Shown: positions 19,586 to 29,673 of the stretch, piece by piece | How positions within the stretch are numbered: the stretch's first letter is position 1 | How the letters are laid out: the number at the start of each line of letters is the position of its first letter | NCBI GenBank assembly: GCA_965140705.1 | Contig: OZ223300.1 | Span: 1,120,001-1,184,000, forward strand | Length of the DNA: 64,000 bases | Reading direction: 5' to 3' | Source: an uncultured Arcobacter sp. | GTDB taxonomy: Bacteria; Campylobacterota; Campylobacteria; Campylobacterales; Arcobacteraceae | Position numbers and translations under genes: made by a program | The notes under the pieces: generated by a model | Database searches by the model: none | What the model saw: only the letters and a program-made list of their open reading frames with translations | What the model was told of the DNA's origin: nothing

Positions 19586-20410
19586 ATGCAGTATTTAAAA
19601 AGACACTGGAACAAACTTTTAATTTTACTTTTTTCTTTTGCAATAATATTTTTTGCCTTTTCTTATGTATTAGATATAAAAGGTAAAGAATTAGTTGATA
19701 AAAGTTTTAGCCAATCTGTTGTTGTTTTTGGTAGTGCAAAAGCTCTAAATGCTGTAATCTCATTAGCACAAGGAACAGAACTAGATTTGCCTTTTTTTAC
19801 AGTTGCCATTGGAGAAGTTTTAGATCCTATAAATGATTTGATAGAACAATTCTCTTTAGTGATGCTTGCAAGTATGGTTTCCCTTGGTATTCAAAAAATT
19901 ATGATGAATTTTGTAACTGCTGATATTTATAATTATATTTTGCTTTTTTCTGTGATTATTTTAAATCTCTGGATGTTTTATAGATTTACCAAAGATGATA
20001 GATTTAGAACACTATTTTTTAAAATCACAGTAATACTTATTTTCCTTCGTTTTGCAGTTCCTTTAATAGGTTTAGCCAATGATTTTGTTTATAACAATTT
20101 TGTTAAACAAGAATACAATATCCAAGAGCTAAATCAAGATATTGTAAAAGTAAAAGATGATGTAAATGAAGTGACTAAAAATACATTAGAAAACAAAAAT
20201 GATAGTTCTTTTTTTACTAAAATTACAGAAAAATTTGACTCAAGTTATTATGATAAAAAAATAGAAGAGTATAAAAAAGCTGTGGATAAGTCAAGTGATT
20301 ATATAGTAGCTTTAATTATCGCTTTTGTTTTTCAAACTATTCTTCTACCTATTATTTTCCTTTTTATTCTTTATCATTTTGTAAGGGGAATTTTTAATCT
20401 TGGGAAATAA
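19586..20410 (+). CDS. Conserved hypothetical membrane protein
   Basis: Long ORF with several TM helices; GEVLDPINDLIEQFS motif; function unknown. Confidence 0.7.
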   Translation: MQYLKRHWNKLLILLFSFAIIFFAFSYVLDIKGKELVDKSFSQSVVVFGSAKALNAVISLAQGTELDLPFFTVAIGEVLDPINDLIEQFSLVMLASMVSLGIQKIMMNFVTADIYNYILLFSVIILNLWMFYRFTKDDRFRTLFFKITVILIFLRFAVPLIGLANDFVYNNFVKQEYNIQELNQDIVKVKDDVNEVTKNTLENKNDSSFFTKITEKFDSSYYDKKIEEYKKAVDKSSDYIVALIIAFVFQTILLPIIFLFILYHFVRGIFNLGK

Positions 20411-20506
20411 GTTCTAAACTGTCCTTCTTAAATATTAAAATCTGTATCTTTTAAAAAGGACAATTTAATGATAATATTCTTTTATATTTAAAATAAAAGG
20501 AATATT

Positions 20507-20962
20507 ATGACAAATAGAATAAATTTAAAAAAATCAAATCCAACTGCATTTAATAAAGTAATTGAATTAAATAATGAAGTTAAATTACTTATAAAAAAAG
20601 CAAATATTGAAGAGAGCTTTTTTCATCTTTTATTATTAAGAGTTTCTCAAATAAATGGTTGCGCTTATTGTCTTAGAATGCATACAAAAGATGCACTTGA
20701 TTGTGGGGAAAGTATAGAAAGAATAAGTGTTATACCTGCATGGAGAGAAACGCAATATTTCAACGAAAAAGAAAGAGCTAGTTTGTCTTTAGTTGAAGCT
20801 ATAAGTAATATCACACAAGGACAAGTTCCCAATGAAGTTTACGAAGAGGCAAGCAAAGTTTTAAATGAAGATGAAATTGCAGCTGTTGAGTGGGCAGCAA
20901 TCACAATGAATACATTAAATAGAATAGCAATAGCAAGTCGATATGAAGTCAAAGAGGGATAA
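20507..20962 (+). CDS. Carboxymuconolactone decarboxylase/AhpD-like protein
   Basis: RVSQINGCAYCLRMH, AWRE. Confidence 0.9.
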   Translation: MTNRINLKKSNPTAFNKVIELNNEVKLLIKKANIEESFFHLLLLRVSQINGCAYCLRMHTKDALDCGESIERISVIPAWRETQYFNEKERASLSLVEAISNITQGQVPNEVYEEASKVLNEDEIAAVEWAAITMNTLNRIAIASRYEVKEG

Positions 20963-21217
20963 ATTATTTTAAATAGAATTATGCAAGTTAAAAAATATTA
21001 TAAAACTACCCCTTTACTCTATAGGGAACAGAACTTATAAGATAATCAACTTTTCTTATACTTTAAATTCTTAGATTTATTTATAATGAGCAAAATTGAA
21101 AAAGGAGTTTTTTTAATTTTGCTGATTTCTATTTAATAAATTTATTCATTTAGAAAGCCTAACTTAATGGAAGCTTGATACAATTTTCTCAAAAAAATGT
21201 AAAGGTGATAATATAAA

Positions 21218-22393
21218 ATGATTACTAAAAAACAAATCTTTGTGATGTCAGCAACAGCAGGAATTAGTGTTGCAAATATATATTATAATCAACCAATTTT
21301 AAATGATATAGCAAAAGACTTAAATTTAAGTCACCTAGCTGTAGGAAATCTTCCTACATTTTCCCAAGTAGGATATGGGTTGGGACTATTTTTTGTAAGT
21401 CCACTCGGTGATAAAATGGATAGAAAAAAACTAATTATTATTTTGCATGTATTATTAGGTCTATCTTTACTTGGACTTGCATTTATAAGTAATATTTTTG
21501 TTTTATATATTTTAAGTCTTATGGCTGGCTTATTTGCAGTTTCTGCTCAAGTTGTTATTCCAATGGCAGCAGCTATGAGTGGAAAAGATAAGGGTAGGGT
21601 TGTAGGAACTATTTTTAGTGGCTTGTTAACTGGAATACTATTAGCAAGAACTTTAAGTGGGTATATAACTGATTGGTTTGATAATTGGCATGTGATATTT
21701 GGTTTTTCTGCTCTTTTGGTATTTGCAACGATAATTTTTATTTCAAAAACTTTGCCAAATATGGAACCACATTTTGAAAAGAGTTATTTTTCACTTTTAA
21801 AATCATCAATTTATCAATTAAAAAGATTTTCACTACTTAGAAGAAATACTTTATTGGTTTCAACATCATTTGGAATTTTCTGTTCTTTTTGGACAACTTT
21901 AACTTTCAAATTAAGTGAAGACCCTTTTAATTATGATAGTGATGCTATTGGATTGTTTGGAATATTAGCAGTAGCAGGTGCCTCGTTAGCTCCTTATATT
22001 GGAAGATTATCAGATAAGATAAATGCAAATGGAATCAAACTAATTTCAACACTAATGATAATAGTTAGTGTAATCATAATTAGAGAATTTGATATGAGTT
22101 TATATGCTTTTATTTTGGCAACTTTATTTATAGATATTGGATTTCAAGCAATTCAAATTAATAATTTATCACAAATTTATGGTTTAGATGAAAAAGCACA
22201 CAGTAGAATAAATACAGCCTATATGTCTGCGATGTTTGTGGGTGGTTCAATTGGAACTTTTATTGGAGTACTATGTTGGGAAAAAGGTGGTTGGAATTTT
22301 GTAACATTACAACTATTAGCTTTAGCAATTATTTCTTTAGTAATAATTGTATATAGTTGTATAAATAAAAATATAGTGACAAATGATAATTAG
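21218..22393 (+). CDS. MFS transporter
   Basis: ANIYYNQP, PLGDKMDRK motif A, about 12 TM segments. Confidence 0.9.
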   Translation: MITKKQIFVMSATAGISVANIYYNQPILNDIAKDLNLSHLAVGNLPTFSQVGYGLGLFFVSPLGDKMDRKKLIIILHVLLGLSLLGLAFISNIFVLYILSLMAGLFAVSAQVVIPMAAAMSGKDKGRVVGTIFSGLLTGILLARTLSGYITDWFDNWHVIFGFSALLVFATIIFISKTLPNMEPHFEKSYFSLLKSSIYQLKRFSLLRRNTLLVSTSFGIFCSFWTTLTFKLSEDPFNYDSDAIGLFGILAVAGASLAPYIGRLSDKINANGIKLISTLMIIVSVIIIREFDMSLYAFILATLFIDIGFQAIQINNLSQIYGLDEKAHSRINTAYMSAMFVGGSIGTFIGVLCWEKGGWNFVTLQLLALAIISLVIIVYSCINKNIVTNDN

Positions 22394-22405
22394 CAAAGGA
22401 TAAAA

Positions 22406-22693
22406 GTGTTTATAATAAACTTAACTTATATAAAGCCACTAGATGAGGTAGATATTCATCTTGAAGCACATGTAAAATATTTAAAAGAGCAATATAAAGA
22501 AGGAAACTTTATAGCTTCAGGAAGAAAAATTCCAAGAGATGGTGGAGTGATACTTTCAAAACTTGATTCAAAAGAGAAATTAGAAGAAGTGCTTGCAAAA
22601 GATCCATTTAAACTTGCAAATGTTGCAAATTATGAAATAATAGAATTTGTACCAAGTATGACATCAGACGAGTATGAAAATTTGAAATCATAA
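22406..22693 (+). CDS. YciI family protein
   Basis: HLEAH, SGRKIPRDGGVI, DPF. Confidence 0.85.
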   Translation: MFIINLTYIKPLDEVDIHLEAHVKYLKEQYKEGNFIASGRKIPRDGGVILSKLDSKEKLEEVLAKDPFKLANVANYEIIEFVPSMTSDEYENLKS

Positions 22694-22707
22694 ATTAGTA
22701 TTTAATG

Positions 22708-23574
22708 CTAATTTTTGGTTTTTTTAACTTCTTCTAAAAAAAACTCTTCTAATCTTTTATCTCCATAGGTAGAAGCAATATTGTCTTTTGCCAAAAGAGT
22801 TAAAAAAAATTCAATTGGTCCATATACTTTAGATGAAGTGAAAATTCTAAGAAGTTTTATAATAAGAACTCTAATAAAATCAGGCAAATGTACTATTTTA
22901 ATCTCTTTGTTCCAAGCTTTTAGTGCAAGTTTAGCTATTTCATTTTGAGTTAGTATATCTGGACCTCCTATTTGTTCCTCTTCATTATCATTTGAAATTA
23001 GTTTTTTTACACAAAATTTTGCTAAATCTTCTCCATGTATAGGATTAAGTTTATATTGCCCATGAGAAAATAGATATATTTTTCCATTTTTTGCCATATT
23101 TAAAAAATCTTTCATATCTGAAAAAAAGCCATTTGGTCTTATGATACTATATTTTAATGATGAGTTTTTTAATTCCTCAACAAACTTCTCTTTTGCTTCA
23201 AATATTTTTAAATTTTTAAATTTATCTCCATCTATAGCAGAGATGTATTCAAATTTTGTTACATTTGATTTAATAGCTTCATTTAATAAATTTTTATTTC
23301 CTTGATAATCCACATCCATATAAGTTAAACCATCTCTTTGTCTAGTAATACCAATACTTGAGAAAATATAATCAATATTATTAGCTATATTATTTAATGT
23401 TTCAGGTTTTGTAACTTCTCCTATAAAAAACTCATCAACATTTGAAAATAACTCTTTTTGTTTTTCCTCTCTAATTAATACTCTTACAAAGTAATCTTGC
23501 TTTTTTAACTCTTTTACAATATATTGACCTAAATATCCTGTTGCTCCTGCAACTAAAAATCTTTTTTTCTTCAA
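22708..23574 (-). CDS. Atypical SDR / NAD(P)H-binding oxidoreductase
   Basis: GATGYLG Rossmann motif, VDYQGN, RPNGFF. Confidence 0.85.
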   Translation of the reverse strand: MKKKRFLVAGATGYLGQYIVKELKKQDYFVRVLIREEKQKELFSNVDEFFIGEVTKPETLNNIANNIDYIFSSIGITRQRDGLTYMDVDYQGNKNLLNEAIKSNVTKFEYISAIDGDKFKNLKIFEAKEKFVEELKNSSLKYSIIRPNGFFSDMKDFLNMAKNGKIYLFSHGQYKLNPIHGEDLAKFCVKKLISNDNEEEQIGGPDILTQNEIAKLALKAWNKEIKIVHLPDFIRVLIIKLLRIFTSSKVYGPIEFFLTLLAKDNIASTYGDKRLEEFFLEEVKKTKN

Positions 23575-23618
23575 GATTCTTTCCTTAGATTGATTATTTG
23601 TTTTGTTTTTATTTGATA

Positions 23619-24491
23619 TTATAATTTTTTTAATTCAGATAGTATAAAAGAATTTATTATTTCACATAATTCTTCAGCTTTTTCTTCTGGAACATAATGT
23701 CCACACTCTTTTATAACCGAACTTATAACATTATTTGAAATCTTTTTCATGGCAATACCCACTTGCTCAGAAACAGCAAATTCCCCTCCAATTGCTAAAA
23801 TTTTTGTTGATATTTTAGAAGTTTGCTTTTTGTTTTGAAGAGCACTTTTTTCAAAGTATCTATAATATTCAAATCCATTTTTCATTTTATTTGGTTTTAT
23901 ATATGATAAATAGTAATTTTCTATATCTTCTTCTTTTATTGAATTTTTAATGTAAGATTTTTTCTCAAAATACCATGAAATATACTCTTTTTCTTTACCT
24001 TTAGTTAAAAATTCTGGAATAGAATCTAAACTATGAAAATAAAATTGCCAAACTTTATTTGCATTTTCTAATTTGAATAAATCATCAGGTATTAAGCCTG
24101 GAATTCCAGCATCTATAATAACTAGACTATTTAAATACTCTTCAAAAAATAAAGAATAACTTGTGGCAACCCAAGCACCTATGTCATGCCCAATTAGATG
24201 GAATTTTTTTATACCTAATTTATTTCTAAAATCATTAATAATTGTTGCAATATTTTTTGTATCATAGTTTAAAGTATCACTACTATTCCCTAAACCTGGT
24301 AAATCAAGAGCTATAACTCTAAAGTTCTTTGATAAAATTGGAATTACCTTTCTCCACATATATGATGTTTGTGGCCAACCATGAAGTAAAATAATAACTT
24401 CTCCTTCCCCTTCTTGATGATAAGCAATCTCTATTTCATCTAAAAACAATTTTTTTTCATTTAAAAATTTATAAATAGTTGTATTTGGCAT
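23619..24491 (-). CDS. Alpha/beta hydrolase (epoxide hydrolase/dehalogenase-like)
   Basis: HGWP oxyanion motif, GHDIG nucleophile Asp, GHYVPEE. Confidence 0.9.
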   Translation of the reverse strand: MPNTTIYKFLNEKKLFLDEIEIAYHQEGEGEVIILLHGWPQTSYMWRKVIPILSKNFRVIALDLPGLGNSSDTLNYDTKNIATIINDFRNKLGIKKFHLIGHDIGAWVATSYSLFFEEYLNSLVIIDAGIPGLIPDDLFKLENANKVWQFYFHSLDSIPEFLTKGKEKEYISWYFEKKSYIKNSIKEEDIENYYLSYIKPNKMKNGFEYYRYFEKSALQNKKQTSKISTKILAIGGEFAVSEQVGIAMKKISNNVISSVIKECGHYVPEEKAEELCEIINSFILSELKKL

Positions 24492-24508
24492 TTTAGTCCT
24501 TTTTATTT

Positions 24509-24560
24509 GTTGACCAGTAGGTCTAGTGAAACTATATCAAAACTAGACCAGCTTGTCAAC
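24509..24560. promoter_or_regulatory. Two inverted operator boxes (TAGACC-N4-GGTCTA-like) in a divergent promoter
   Basis: GTTGACCAGTAGGTCTAGT (24509-24527) and ACTAGACCAGCTTGTCAAC (24542-24560) between the hydrolase and tetR genes. Confidence 0.65.
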
Positions 24561-24566
24561 TAAAAA

Positions 24567-25157
24567 ATGATACACTTATATATGGAAAAAATTAATACAA
24601 AAAATAGATTAATAGAGTCGGCATATAATGAAATATATGAAAATGGCTATCAAGGTGCTTCTTTAAATACTATTTTAAAAAATGCAAATGTTCACAAAGG
24701 ATCAATGTATCACTTTTTTTCAACAAAAAAAGAGATGGCACTATGTGCAATTCAAGAGAAGATTTATGCAAAATTTGAAGAGAGATATGAAAGAATCTTA
24801 AATTTAGATAGCAATTATTTAGAAGCATTAATTGAACAGTTAAAAGATACTTCCCAAAGGGATTTTATAAGAGGCTGTCCCATAGCAAATATTGTGCAAG
24901 AGATGTCTAATATTGATGATGAGTTTAAAGTTATAATGGAAAAGATATATTATACTTTTAGGAAAAGTATAAAAAATATTTTAGATATGGCAATAGAAAA
25001 AAAAGAGATGAAAGAGTGTGATACTAATAAATTATCTCTTTATATTGCTTCAACATTGGAAGGTGCAATTCTTTCAGCAAAAGCTACTGGAAATGTACAA
25101 GATTATAGTGATGTAATTGATATGTTAGCTATATTTATTTTGTCTTTTAAAAACTAG
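24567..25157 (+). CDS. TetR/AcrR family regulator (paralogue of 12009..12581)
   Basis: KGSMYHFF, GCPIAN, LEGAIL; true start may be the ATG at 24582. Confidence 0.9.
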   Translation: MIHLYMEKINTKNRLIESAYNEIYENGYQGASLNTILKNANVHKGSMYHFFSTKKEMALCAIQEKIYAKFEERYERILNLDSNYLEALIEQLKDTSQRDFIRGCPIANIVQEMSNIDDEFKVIMEKIYYTFRKSIKNILDMAIEKKEMKECDTNKLSLYIASTLEGAILSAKATGNVQDYSDVIDMLAIFILSFKN

Positions 25158-25179
25158 ATATATATTGTGTGGATAAAAA

Positions 25180-25920
25180 ATGATAAAGAATAGTATTACT
25201 GTTTTAGGTAGTGGTTGGTTGGGTTTCCCATTAGCTCAAACATTATCAAAAGAGTTTTCTATAAAATTATCTACAACTTCGTATTCTAAATTTGAAAACT
25301 TAAAAGATGAAAATATCACACCATTTATTGTCGACATAAATAGTTTAATTGGGGATATTGATAAGTTTTTATCTTCAGATATTTTTATTATAAATATACC
25401 TTCAAAAAATATAGATGGATTTAAAGAGTTGATTAAACATATACTAAATTCAAGTATTAAAAAAATTGTTTTTATCAGTTCAATTTCAGTATTGAAAGAT
25501 GAAACAAGTCCCTTACTTGAAATAGAAAATCTATTTAAAAAGACAAATCTTGAAATAACAATTTTAAGATTTGGAGGGCTTATAGGATATGGAAGAAATC
25601 CTGCAAAATTTTTCCCAAATGGAAAAGTTGTAAAAGATGTAAATGCACCTGTAAATATGATACATAGGGATGATTGTATTAGTATAATAGGAAATGTAAT
25701 TAAACAAGATATTTTTGATGAAACTTTTAATTGCGTTGCTCCTTCCCATCCTACAAAAAAAGAGTTTTATACCTATTGTGCAAAAGTATCAGGTTTACCT
25801 GTTCCAACTTTTGATTCAGGGAAAAATGAAAGCAATAAAAAAATAGTAAAGAGTGATTTGCTTGTATCAAAACTAAACTATAAATTTATTCATGACGATT
25901 TGATGAAAATAGTATTTTAA
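25180..25920 (+). CDS. NAD(P)-dependent epimerase/dehydratase-like protein (YeeZ-like)
   Basis: GSGWLG, LRFGGLIG, VNMIHRDD. Confidence 0.8.
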   Translation: MIKNSITVLGSGWLGFPLAQTLSKEFSIKLSTTSYSKFENLKDENITPFIVDINSLIGDIDKFLSSDIFIINIPSKNIDGFKELIKHILNSSIKKIVFISSISVLKDETSPLLEIENLFKKTNLEITILRFGGLIGYGRNPAKFFPNGKVVKDVNAPVNMIHRDDCISIIGNVIKQDIFDETFNCVAPSHPTKKEFYTYCAKVSGLPVPTFDSGKNESNKKIVKSDLLVSKLNYKFIHDDLMKIVF

Positions 25921-25935
25921 AAAGGAAAAATCATT

Positions 25936-26787
25936 TTGACTTATGTAGTGCCAAATTATTTTATTGAAAACAAATATAAAAACCTTTTAAAAATAGATGA
26001 TTTATTGTGTTTAAATTATATCACTAAAACACAAAACTCCAATGTATATGCTAGAACAACAATGCATAGTATGGGTATAGTACTTGAAGGTTCAAAAGTT
26101 ATTCATTTAAGTAAGGAAGATATTAATATACAAAAATCAGATATATTTTTTCTTACTCAAAATAACTACTATATGAGTGAAAGATTGGTTAATGATTCTA
26201 AGTACAAGTCATTATTAGTATATTTTGATGATAAATTTATTTTTGATTTTATAAATAAATACAATATTCAAATCAATACAAAAGATGAAGAGAGTACAGT
26301 AAAGGCAAGTTATAAAAGTGATAAATTATTTGAAAATAGTGTGCAAACTTTTCAAGAATATTTAAAAGTTGAGTTCAATGAAAATCTTTTAAAACTTAAA
26401 ATTGAAGAGCTATTTCTACAAGCAATAAAACACAATGAAAAGCAAATGTACTCTTTTTTTAACTCAATTTTAGCTACAAGTCAAGATAGAATCAAATATA
26501 TACTAGAATCAAACATTGATCTTATCCAAACCCTTGATGATATGTGTAAAATCACAAGATTATCAGAAAATAAAATTAGAAGATATATTAAAAAAGAGTT
26601 TAACCAAACTCCAAAAATATGGCTTGATACAAAAAGATTAGAAAAAGCAATTTTACTTTTAACTAATACAAATAAAAGTATTTCTGATATATCTACAACT
26701 TGTGGATACTCTACTGTATCATGGTTTATTTCCCAATTTAAGAAATATTATAAGCAAACACCTAAAGAATTCCGACATAAAATCTAA
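25936..26787 (+). CDS. AraC family transcriptional regulator
   Basis: C-terminal double HTH: SISDISTTCGYSTVSWFISQFKKYYKQTPKEFR. Confidence 0.9.
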   Translation: MTYVVPNYFIENKYKNLLKIDDLLCLNYITKTQNSNVYARTTMHSMGIVLEGSKVIHLSKEDINIQKSDIFFLTQNNYYMSERLVNDSKYKSLLVYFDDKFIFDFINKYNIQINTKDEESTVKASYKSDKLFENSVQTFQEYLKVEFNENLLKLKIEELFLQAIKHNEKQMYSFFNSILATSQDRIKYILESNIDLIQTLDDMCKITRLSENKIRRYIKKEFNQTPKIWLDTKRLEKAILLLTNTNKSISDISTTCGYSTVSWFISQFKKYYKQTPKEFRHKI

Positions 26788-26852
26788 GATTTCTTGTACA
26801 TATATATTTTAAACTTTTGTAAAATACCTATAGATTTACAAAAAGGAAGAGT

Positions 26853-27377
26853 ATGAAAAAAATATGTATTGCATTAATCTTTAGTGTTGGGTTGTTATTT
26901 GCCCAAGGTTTTACTTTAAGTAGTAATGATATACAAGGACAACTTTCAAATGAACAAGTTTTTAATGGCTTTGGTTGTACAGGAAAAAATATCTCTCCAC
27001 AACTTTCTTGGAAAGATGCACCTAAAGAAACAAAATCTTTTGCAATAACTGCTTATGATCCTGATGCTCCAACAGGAAGTGGTTGGTGGCATTGGGTAGT
27101 TTTTAATATTCCAAAAGATAAAACAAGTTTAGAAAAGGGTTTTGGAAATAAAGAGTATTCAAATATCATTCAAAGTGTGACTGACTATGGTAAAACTGGT
27201 TTTGGTGGTGCTTGTCCTCCTGTTGGAGATAAGGCTCATAGATACATTTTTACAGTGTATGCTTTAGATATAGATAAACTTGATTTAAATAAAAATGCAT
27301 CAGCTGCTTTAGTTGGATATATGATTAATGCCCATGCCATAAAAAAATCATCAATTATTGCTTATTATGGGAGATAA
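26853..27377 (+). CDS. YbhB/YbcL family (PEBP/Raf kinase inhibitor-like) periplasmic protein
   Basis: Signal peptide, NISPQLSW, DPDAPTGSGWWHW, GACPP, HRY. Confidence 0.92.
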   Translation: MKKICIALIFSVGLLFAQGFTLSSNDIQGQLSNEQVFNGFGCTGKNISPQLSWKDAPKETKSFAITAYDPDAPTGSGWWHWVVFNIPKDKTSLEKGFGNKEYSNIIQSVTDYGKTGFGGACPPVGDKAHRYIFTVYALDIDKLDLNKNASAALVGYMINAHAIKKSSIIAYYGR

Positions 27378-27380
27378 TAT

Positions 27381-28130
27381 ATGAAAGAATCAAACAGTTG
27401 GAATGCAAACAAATATAAAAAACATGCAAATTTTGTATCAAATTTGGCATTAGGGGTAGTTGAATTACTAAATCCAAAAGAGGGCGAGAAAATTTTGGAT
27501 TTAGGTTGTGGTGAGGGAACTTTGGCTTTAGAGATAAAAAAATCAAAAGCTGAAGTTGTAGGTATAGATTTAAATGAAGATATGGTTGAAAAAACAAAAT
27601 CTAAAGGAATAATAGCAAGTGTTGGAAGTGCTACAGATTTGGATTTTGAAAATGAGTTTGATGCAATTTTCTCAAATGCAGTATTGCATTGGGTAAAGAA
27701 TAGTGAACTTGCAATTCAAAAGATAAATAAAGCTTTAAAAAAAGAGGGTAGATTTGTAGCTGAATTTGGTGGCTATGGAAATATTAAGAGTCTAACGGAT
27801 GCTATGCAAGAAGTTTTTGATAAGTATCCTTCATGGGGAGGCTTTAATAATCCTTGGACTTTTTTAAGTGATACAGAGTATAAAACGCTTTTGGAAAATA
27901 ATGGTTTTACTGTAGAATATATAGAACTAATACCAAGACCAACACCAATTGATGATATCACAAATTGGTTAGATATATTTGCAAATGGTATAACAAAAAA
28001 TTTAAATGATGAGCAAAAAATATTATTTAAAGAAGAAGTAAAAAAGATATTAAAACCAAAACTATATAATGAAAAAGATGCTTGGATTGCTGATTATGTA
28101 AGATTAAGAGTTAAGGCTATTAAGAAGTAA
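27381..28130 (+). CDS. Class I SAM-dependent methyltransferase
   Basis: ILDLGCGEG, FSNAVLHW, DYVRLR. Confidence 0.9.
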   Translation: MKESNSWNANKYKKHANFVSNLALGVVELLNPKEGEKILDLGCGEGTLALEIKKSKAEVVGIDLNEDMVEKTKSKGIIASVGSATDLDFENEFDAIFSNAVLHWVKNSELAIQKINKALKKEGRFVAEFGGYGNIKSLTDAMQEVFDKYPSWGGFNNPWTFLSDTEYKTLLENNGFTVEYIELIPRPTPIDDITNWLDIFANGITKNLNDEQKILFKEEVKKILKPKLYNEKDAWIADYVRLRVKAIKK

Positions 28131-28144
28131 ATAGTATTTACTTC

Positions 28145-29371
28145 TTAATAGGTAAATATTAATTTTAATTGATTTGTTCTTTGCTTAGTTAAATATGCTT
28201 CCCAATTTTCTTTTTTTGAAGAGGGATTTATTGCTAAAAAGAGTTTAGTATTATCATCTCTATATTTTATCCAAATCCTTTGAACATTTCTTATATTATC
28301 AGAGGTTATTGGATATGACATTGTATATTCTATACTTGACTTTTTGAGTTTTTTTAGAACTTTTTTGTATGTTTCATTTAATTTTTTGTCATAGTATTTT
28401 AAAGAATACTTTAATTTTGGAGTAAAACCTTTATTTACTTTTTTTAGTAGTTTTAAATATTCGTTTTTTTGTTTAGTTTCTGAATTTATTAGAAAACTAG
28501 CTCTTCCTGAACCTCCATGCCCTTCTTCTAAAATAGCCTTTTTTTCGATAAATTTATTTGTATATTTTAAAGCATTATCAAGTAATGTTTGATTTTCTTT
28601 TATAAGTGTATTTCTAAATTGTTTTATCTCTTTATCTCTTTTTATTTGTTGTTTTTCTTCCTCTTTTTTTGCACAATATCCCATGCCCATACCACTTGTG
28701 ATAAAATTGCACAAGTCAAATTTAGCAATACCTTTTTGCCAATTTTTATATGTGGCTTTTACTGCTTCCTCATATTCTGCTGGTACATTTCCTCCCCTTA
28801 CAACCAAATCAAAAACAAGTTTTGGATTGGCTTTTCCAAATCTTCCATTTTTTGCTGCTTCTTGGGCTAGTTCCCATATGAAATAAAGTGAAGAGTCTGT
28901 ATTTTTTATATTGTATTTTTTTATAAATGCTTTTGCATCAAAATCACTAGATTTTACTGCTAATTTTAGAGTCTCTACTATGTTTTTTTCATCATATAAT
29001 TTTAAATTTGGATTACTCTTTTTAGCTTGTTTATATACTTCTAAAGCTTTTTTAGGATTTGCAAGTTCTAAACTATTTGCTCTAAAAAGTAAATCATCCA
29101 AAGCATAAGCTAATGCTTTCTCATGACCTTTTATTGCAGCTTGTGTAAAGTGATAAATGGATTGTTCTTTTGTAAGTACATATTTATATGCTAGTGCAAA
29201 ATGAGCTTTGGCATCTCCTTTTTTTGCAGCTTCTTCATATAACTTTTTTGCTTGTATTGTTTTACCTGATTTATAAAGATTGTCTGCTTTTGATAGGAGG
29301 TCTATTCCATTTTCTGCAAAACAAAAGTTCAATGAGAAAAATATCAAAATAAGTAGGCTTAAAAGTTTCAT
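28145..29371 (-). CDS. Secreted Sel1-repeat protein with C-terminal LprI/DUF1311-like domain
   Basis: Signal peptide; N-terminal Sel1/TPR repeats; C-terminal DKKLNETYK...QRIWIKYRD...LTKQRTNQL pattern. Confidence 0.65.
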   Translation of the reverse strand: MKLLSLLILIFFSLNFCFAENGIDLLSKADNLYKSGKTIQAKKLYEEAAKKGDAKAHFALAYKYVLTKEQSIYHFTQAAIKGHEKALAYALDDLLFRANSLELANPKKALEVYKQAKKSNPNLKLYDEKNIVETLKLAVKSSDFDAKAFIKKYNIKNTDSSLYFIWELAQEAAKNGRFGKANPKLVFDLVVRGGNVPAEYEEAVKATYKNWQKGIAKFDLCNFITSGMGMGYCAKKEEEKQQIKRDKEIKQFRNTLIKENQTLLDNALKYTNKFIEKKAILEEGHGGSGRASFLINSETKQKNEYLKLLKKVNKGFTPKLKYSLKYYDKKLNETYKKVLKKLKKSSIEYTMSYPITSDNIRNVQRIWIKYRDDNTKLFLAINPSSKKENWEAYLTKQRTNQLKLIFTY

Positions 29372-29673
29372 TATAATTATTCTTTTTAATGATTATATAG
29401 TAAGTTTATTAAATAGAGTTTTAGGTAACTAGTAGGAAAATCCTACCAGTTATTTTTCATTAAATCTTGTTCTTTCAAGCTTTCATGACTTAATGAGACC
29501 TGAATTTTGTAATTCTAGTAGAAGATAATACAAAAAAGATTAAAAAGTAAAATTTTTTTTACTTTTTCTTAAAAAACTCACTAATTTTGTTACTTAATTA
29601 TATCTAAAGAAAAGAAAGTAATTTTAATGATTATTTAAGTAAAATAAAATATAAATATAATTACTCATTTAAA

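Noticed and set aside
29426..29500. Hairpin TAACTAGTAGGA/TCCTACCAGTTA plus a short minus-strand frame ending ...ERTRFNEK*
   Set aside because: Could be an orphan terminator with a gene remnant, but it is too short to support a call.
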